Positions 60,684 through 64,000 of a DNA stretch of 64,000 nt are shown here, piece after piece. The notes under the pieces were generated by a model. It made no database searches. It was given only the letters and a program-made list of their open reading frames with translations, and was not told the origin of the DNA. A program made the translations under genes and the position numbers. The DNA comes from Eledone cirrhosa (taxonomy: Eukaryota): assembly GCA_964016885.1 (NCBI GenBank), contig OZ024750.1, forward strand, positions 21,886,001 to 21,950,000, written 5' to 3'. The first letter of the stretch is position 1. Every line of letters begins with the position of its first letter.

Positions 60684-62764
60684 TGGTATGCTTTCGTTGT
60701 TTAGTCCCATATCAGTTCAGTTTTGATACAGCAGACCAATGAAACAAGCGATCCAGTCATGACCATGTCATCTGTCAAATAAACTATCCCATGCTTCCTT
60801 ATCTTATATGCCTTTCTTTTGCTGCGATGGTAATGTGTGGTGAGAAAAATTTGACTGCTAGTTATAGCAGGTTAAGCGACTGCATAATGGCTCTGTTTTG
60901 CCTGTGTCATTTTTTCATCGGAAGTACTTAAAACAATTCTGAACGTATTTCGCTTCTAGTCAGCAAAGTCTATCGCCTCTGGATCACACCTAACTCTTAG
61001 CGAACGAATCTCATTATCAAAATTCAAACAAAACGTGCCGGCTGTCATTCACAATTTAGTATGACTTATTAGTATGTGTTGTGCTTTCGCTAAGCAATTT
61101 AGGTACCCATGCAGTCACGTGCAAATACAGACGCCCTCTCTAACCTCCTTCCCTTAATCCGGTGAGAATCCAGGACATGACAGCTGAGGAAAAAGCGGGG
61201 TTCTCCAGAATTTCATTTATCGACCACAAAAGGATGAAAGATAAAGTTAACCCCAGCGGTATTTGAACTCAAACCGCAGAAGGCTACAATGCATATTTCA
61301 ATGTTCTAATGAATCTGCCAAATAGCTCAACTATTACTTTGCATAGTAAATCGAATTTTTCTGCTATAGATTTGTCCATTCTGTTTTCTGGTATTCATTT
61401 TGATTGCAATGTAGAAACTTTCTCATACTTACTGTATCGATCCATTCTGAAGTCTGCATAACAAATAAGCACATGTACAGTCTTAGATATAGGCTGTTAA
61501 TACAATACAGGTTAACTACCTAAAGGTATTAAAGTTTAGAAATATGTCGAAGAAAACTTGTATAAGGACTCAACGACGGCGACGCAAGGTTGTTGAAATA
61601 TGTTGACCAGCAGTGGTAGAGAAAAAGGATAGTATTTTTAATTTCTATCAGAAGCCATAAACGTGTACATGGTAAGATAGCAAACAAGACAGAGAGGTTC
61701 TATTGCTTCCATAGATGTCTCCCATTGAATTAGCTGGAATTCTCTAAACAGCTTACGATGCATTATTCATTCAGAGGAAGAAGTAGCAAAAGGCTAATGT
61801 ATTATTCAAATACACAACTCGCTGATAATTTATGTAATAGTTTTTCTTCCTTCTTAAGAAACAAGCTATTTAGCAGCTGTTCTTTCTTATTTCCTGCATC
61901 AAACATCGTAGAATTAAAGACTATTAAAAGCAGTCAAGTTAATACTTATAAGTCACAGTTTTCCAAGGAGATAAGACTGCTAAGCTACCAAATGAACATC
62001 CAACGGTTCGTATTTTTATCAAGCGTTGAGTCTTGTCGGTGATCAAGACTTAACTTCATATTACTGTCTACGTGTTCTTGTAAACATGCTGTTGTTATTG
62101 TTGTTTTTGCTGTTATTGTTGTTTTTTTTAATTCCAGGTCATCCCTGATCATGGATAAAGCATGGCTGAGTAGTTTAAAAATTCGCTTCACAATCATGAG
62201 GTTCCGGCTCCTGTCAGCAAGTGTTTTCTACCATAAATGTTGGATAGACCCAAACCGTGTGAACAGAATTAGGTAGACGGAATGTGTGGTTTATCCTATG
62301 TAGCCTGTTACATCAAGCTACATAGAAAAGATGTTCAACTCTTTACATCAAAATCAAAGATAAAAAAAGAAAATTCCCCTCCGTCGGTTTCAACGATGAT
62401 TGTTCCAGTTGTTCAGTCAAACATACTCATTAAATTAACGAGTAAAAGGCGGAACAATATATGAACACGTGTACACGTCAGCGTAATTCTCAAGAAAATT
62501 CAGTGTGACATATCGTAAGATAAGACTGCACCAATGAACTGCAGAAAGAGGACATCCAACGGTTTCTGATTAACCAATTTTATTCACGGGGCTTGTGTCG
62601 ACCCGATGCTATGGCAGAAGGCACTTACTTTCCCAAGAATCCACGTAGAGGAATTGAAACCAGGATCTTTATAATTATAAAGCGAACCTCGTAACCATTC
62701 GGTTCTGCTGCGTCAACAACTTAAAGAATCGAAAACCAGTGTAATTTTTTATAATTCCATTCCA

Positions 62765-63250
62765 GACAAATCATGCATAAATTATTACAAGATAAGTCTT
62801 AGTGGCTAGAGTGTTCGACTCACGACCAAAGGATCAAGAGTTTGATTCGCGGTGGTGTGATGTGCGCTTAAGCAAGATACTTTATTTGACGCTGTTCTAG
62901 TTCTTTCAGTTGGAAAAAAATTATAGTACCTGTAATTCAAAGGACCAGCTTTATCACACTTTGTTTCATGCTGAATCTTCATGAGAATTACATTAAGGGT
63001 ACACGTGCCTGTGGAATGCCCCATCATTTGCACGTTAATTTCATGAACAGGCTGTTCCGTTGGTCAAACAATGAGAACAAGTCATATGTGAGTTATTTCA
63101 TAAAACAAGTCTTGTATAAGTTATTACATAAAACGAATTTTGTACATGTTATTACAAGATAGTACAAATCTTGTATAAATTATTACATAATGCAAGTCTT
63201 GTATAAGTTATTATAAGATAAGACAGACCTTTTATAAGTTATTACAAAAG
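62765..63250. repeat. ~27-30 bp minisatellite interrupted by a family 2 SINE (about 62800-63075, +)
   Basis: Units like agtcttgtataagttattacataa lie on both sides of a tRNA-headed SINE. Confidence 0.7.
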
Positions 63251-64000
63251 AAAGTAAATAATAGAATTGTATTCATAAATAGTTTCCCCAGATTGTTGGT
63301 AGAAAGATTTCGTTAAAATTATGTTTGCTTCAACTAAACGAAAATTTTAAATTTCTCTTCGCTGGAAATTTATCACTCAGATCAATTCCGTGACGTTATA
63401 AAACAATAGAATATATTTCAATGATACAAATCATATAGTATTCAGCAAGTTACTTGCTGATTTGTTCAGAGCCATTTATCAAACTGGCCATGATATTACT
63501 ACTGCTAGACATATATAGGCATATATAATATAACTGTCGGTGATAAACTTCGAGAATAATATTGTAGAATGACAGCTTTAGATGTTAAGGTGGTTGTAGC
63601 CAAGATAGGCAATGTCAGAGCTAGTCAGTTTGGCACGAGATCGGAAGAGATAAACACTATCGTTGTTATTATCATTGTAACTTTCATTAAAGTTGTTGTT
63701 GTTGTTTGTTTTTTAGCCCCAGGTAAAGCTCGTGGAGCAAATGTGCTATCAAAAGAATTCCAGTTTCAATAAATATAGAAAAATGTTGTTGTTGTTGTTG
63801 TTGTTTTACCCTAAGTCAGCACTGACTGAGAGGACCTATCAGGAAGAGCATTCTATCCATGACTATCCCGCCTTTTATGCAGGCAGACATTTATCTAGAA
63901 ATACATTATACAATGCGTATTTCCTTGATTTTTATCAAGGCGATAAAGTATGACTTTAGAGAGGTTGTCTGCTATTTCTAATTTAAAGGCGATAGTGACT

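Noticed and set aside
63080-63250. Repeats with ~30-bp periodicity (CRISPR-like look)
   Set aside because: Tandem degenerate units without unique spacers, eukaryotic context and no cas genes.

Overview
Eukaryotic, very AT-rich DNA saturated with microsatellites and dominated by transposable elements. The SINE families and (TA)n density look like an octopod cephalopod (inference). Almost all ORF-track entries are microsatellite artefacts. The one long real ORF is a 5'-truncated Penelope-like retroelement (PLE; RT plus C-terminal GIY-YIG, 27242-29563) embedded in (TA)n. Other TE relics are RTE, R4/Dong-like and HERO-like LINE fragments, a Tc1/mariner, a Helitron 3' end and about 30 tRNA-derived SINE copies. 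The main hidden signal is a dense set of minimal type-I hammerhead ribozyme (HHR) motifs found by eye: nine with an intact CUGANGA/GAAA/UH core and about nine variant or decayed. They lie in short non-coding islands in or beside (TA)n tracts, and two long palindromes put an HHR on both strands. No host gene is firmly identified; there is one weak exon candidate near 2 kb. Coordinates were counted by hand and may be off by a few bases.
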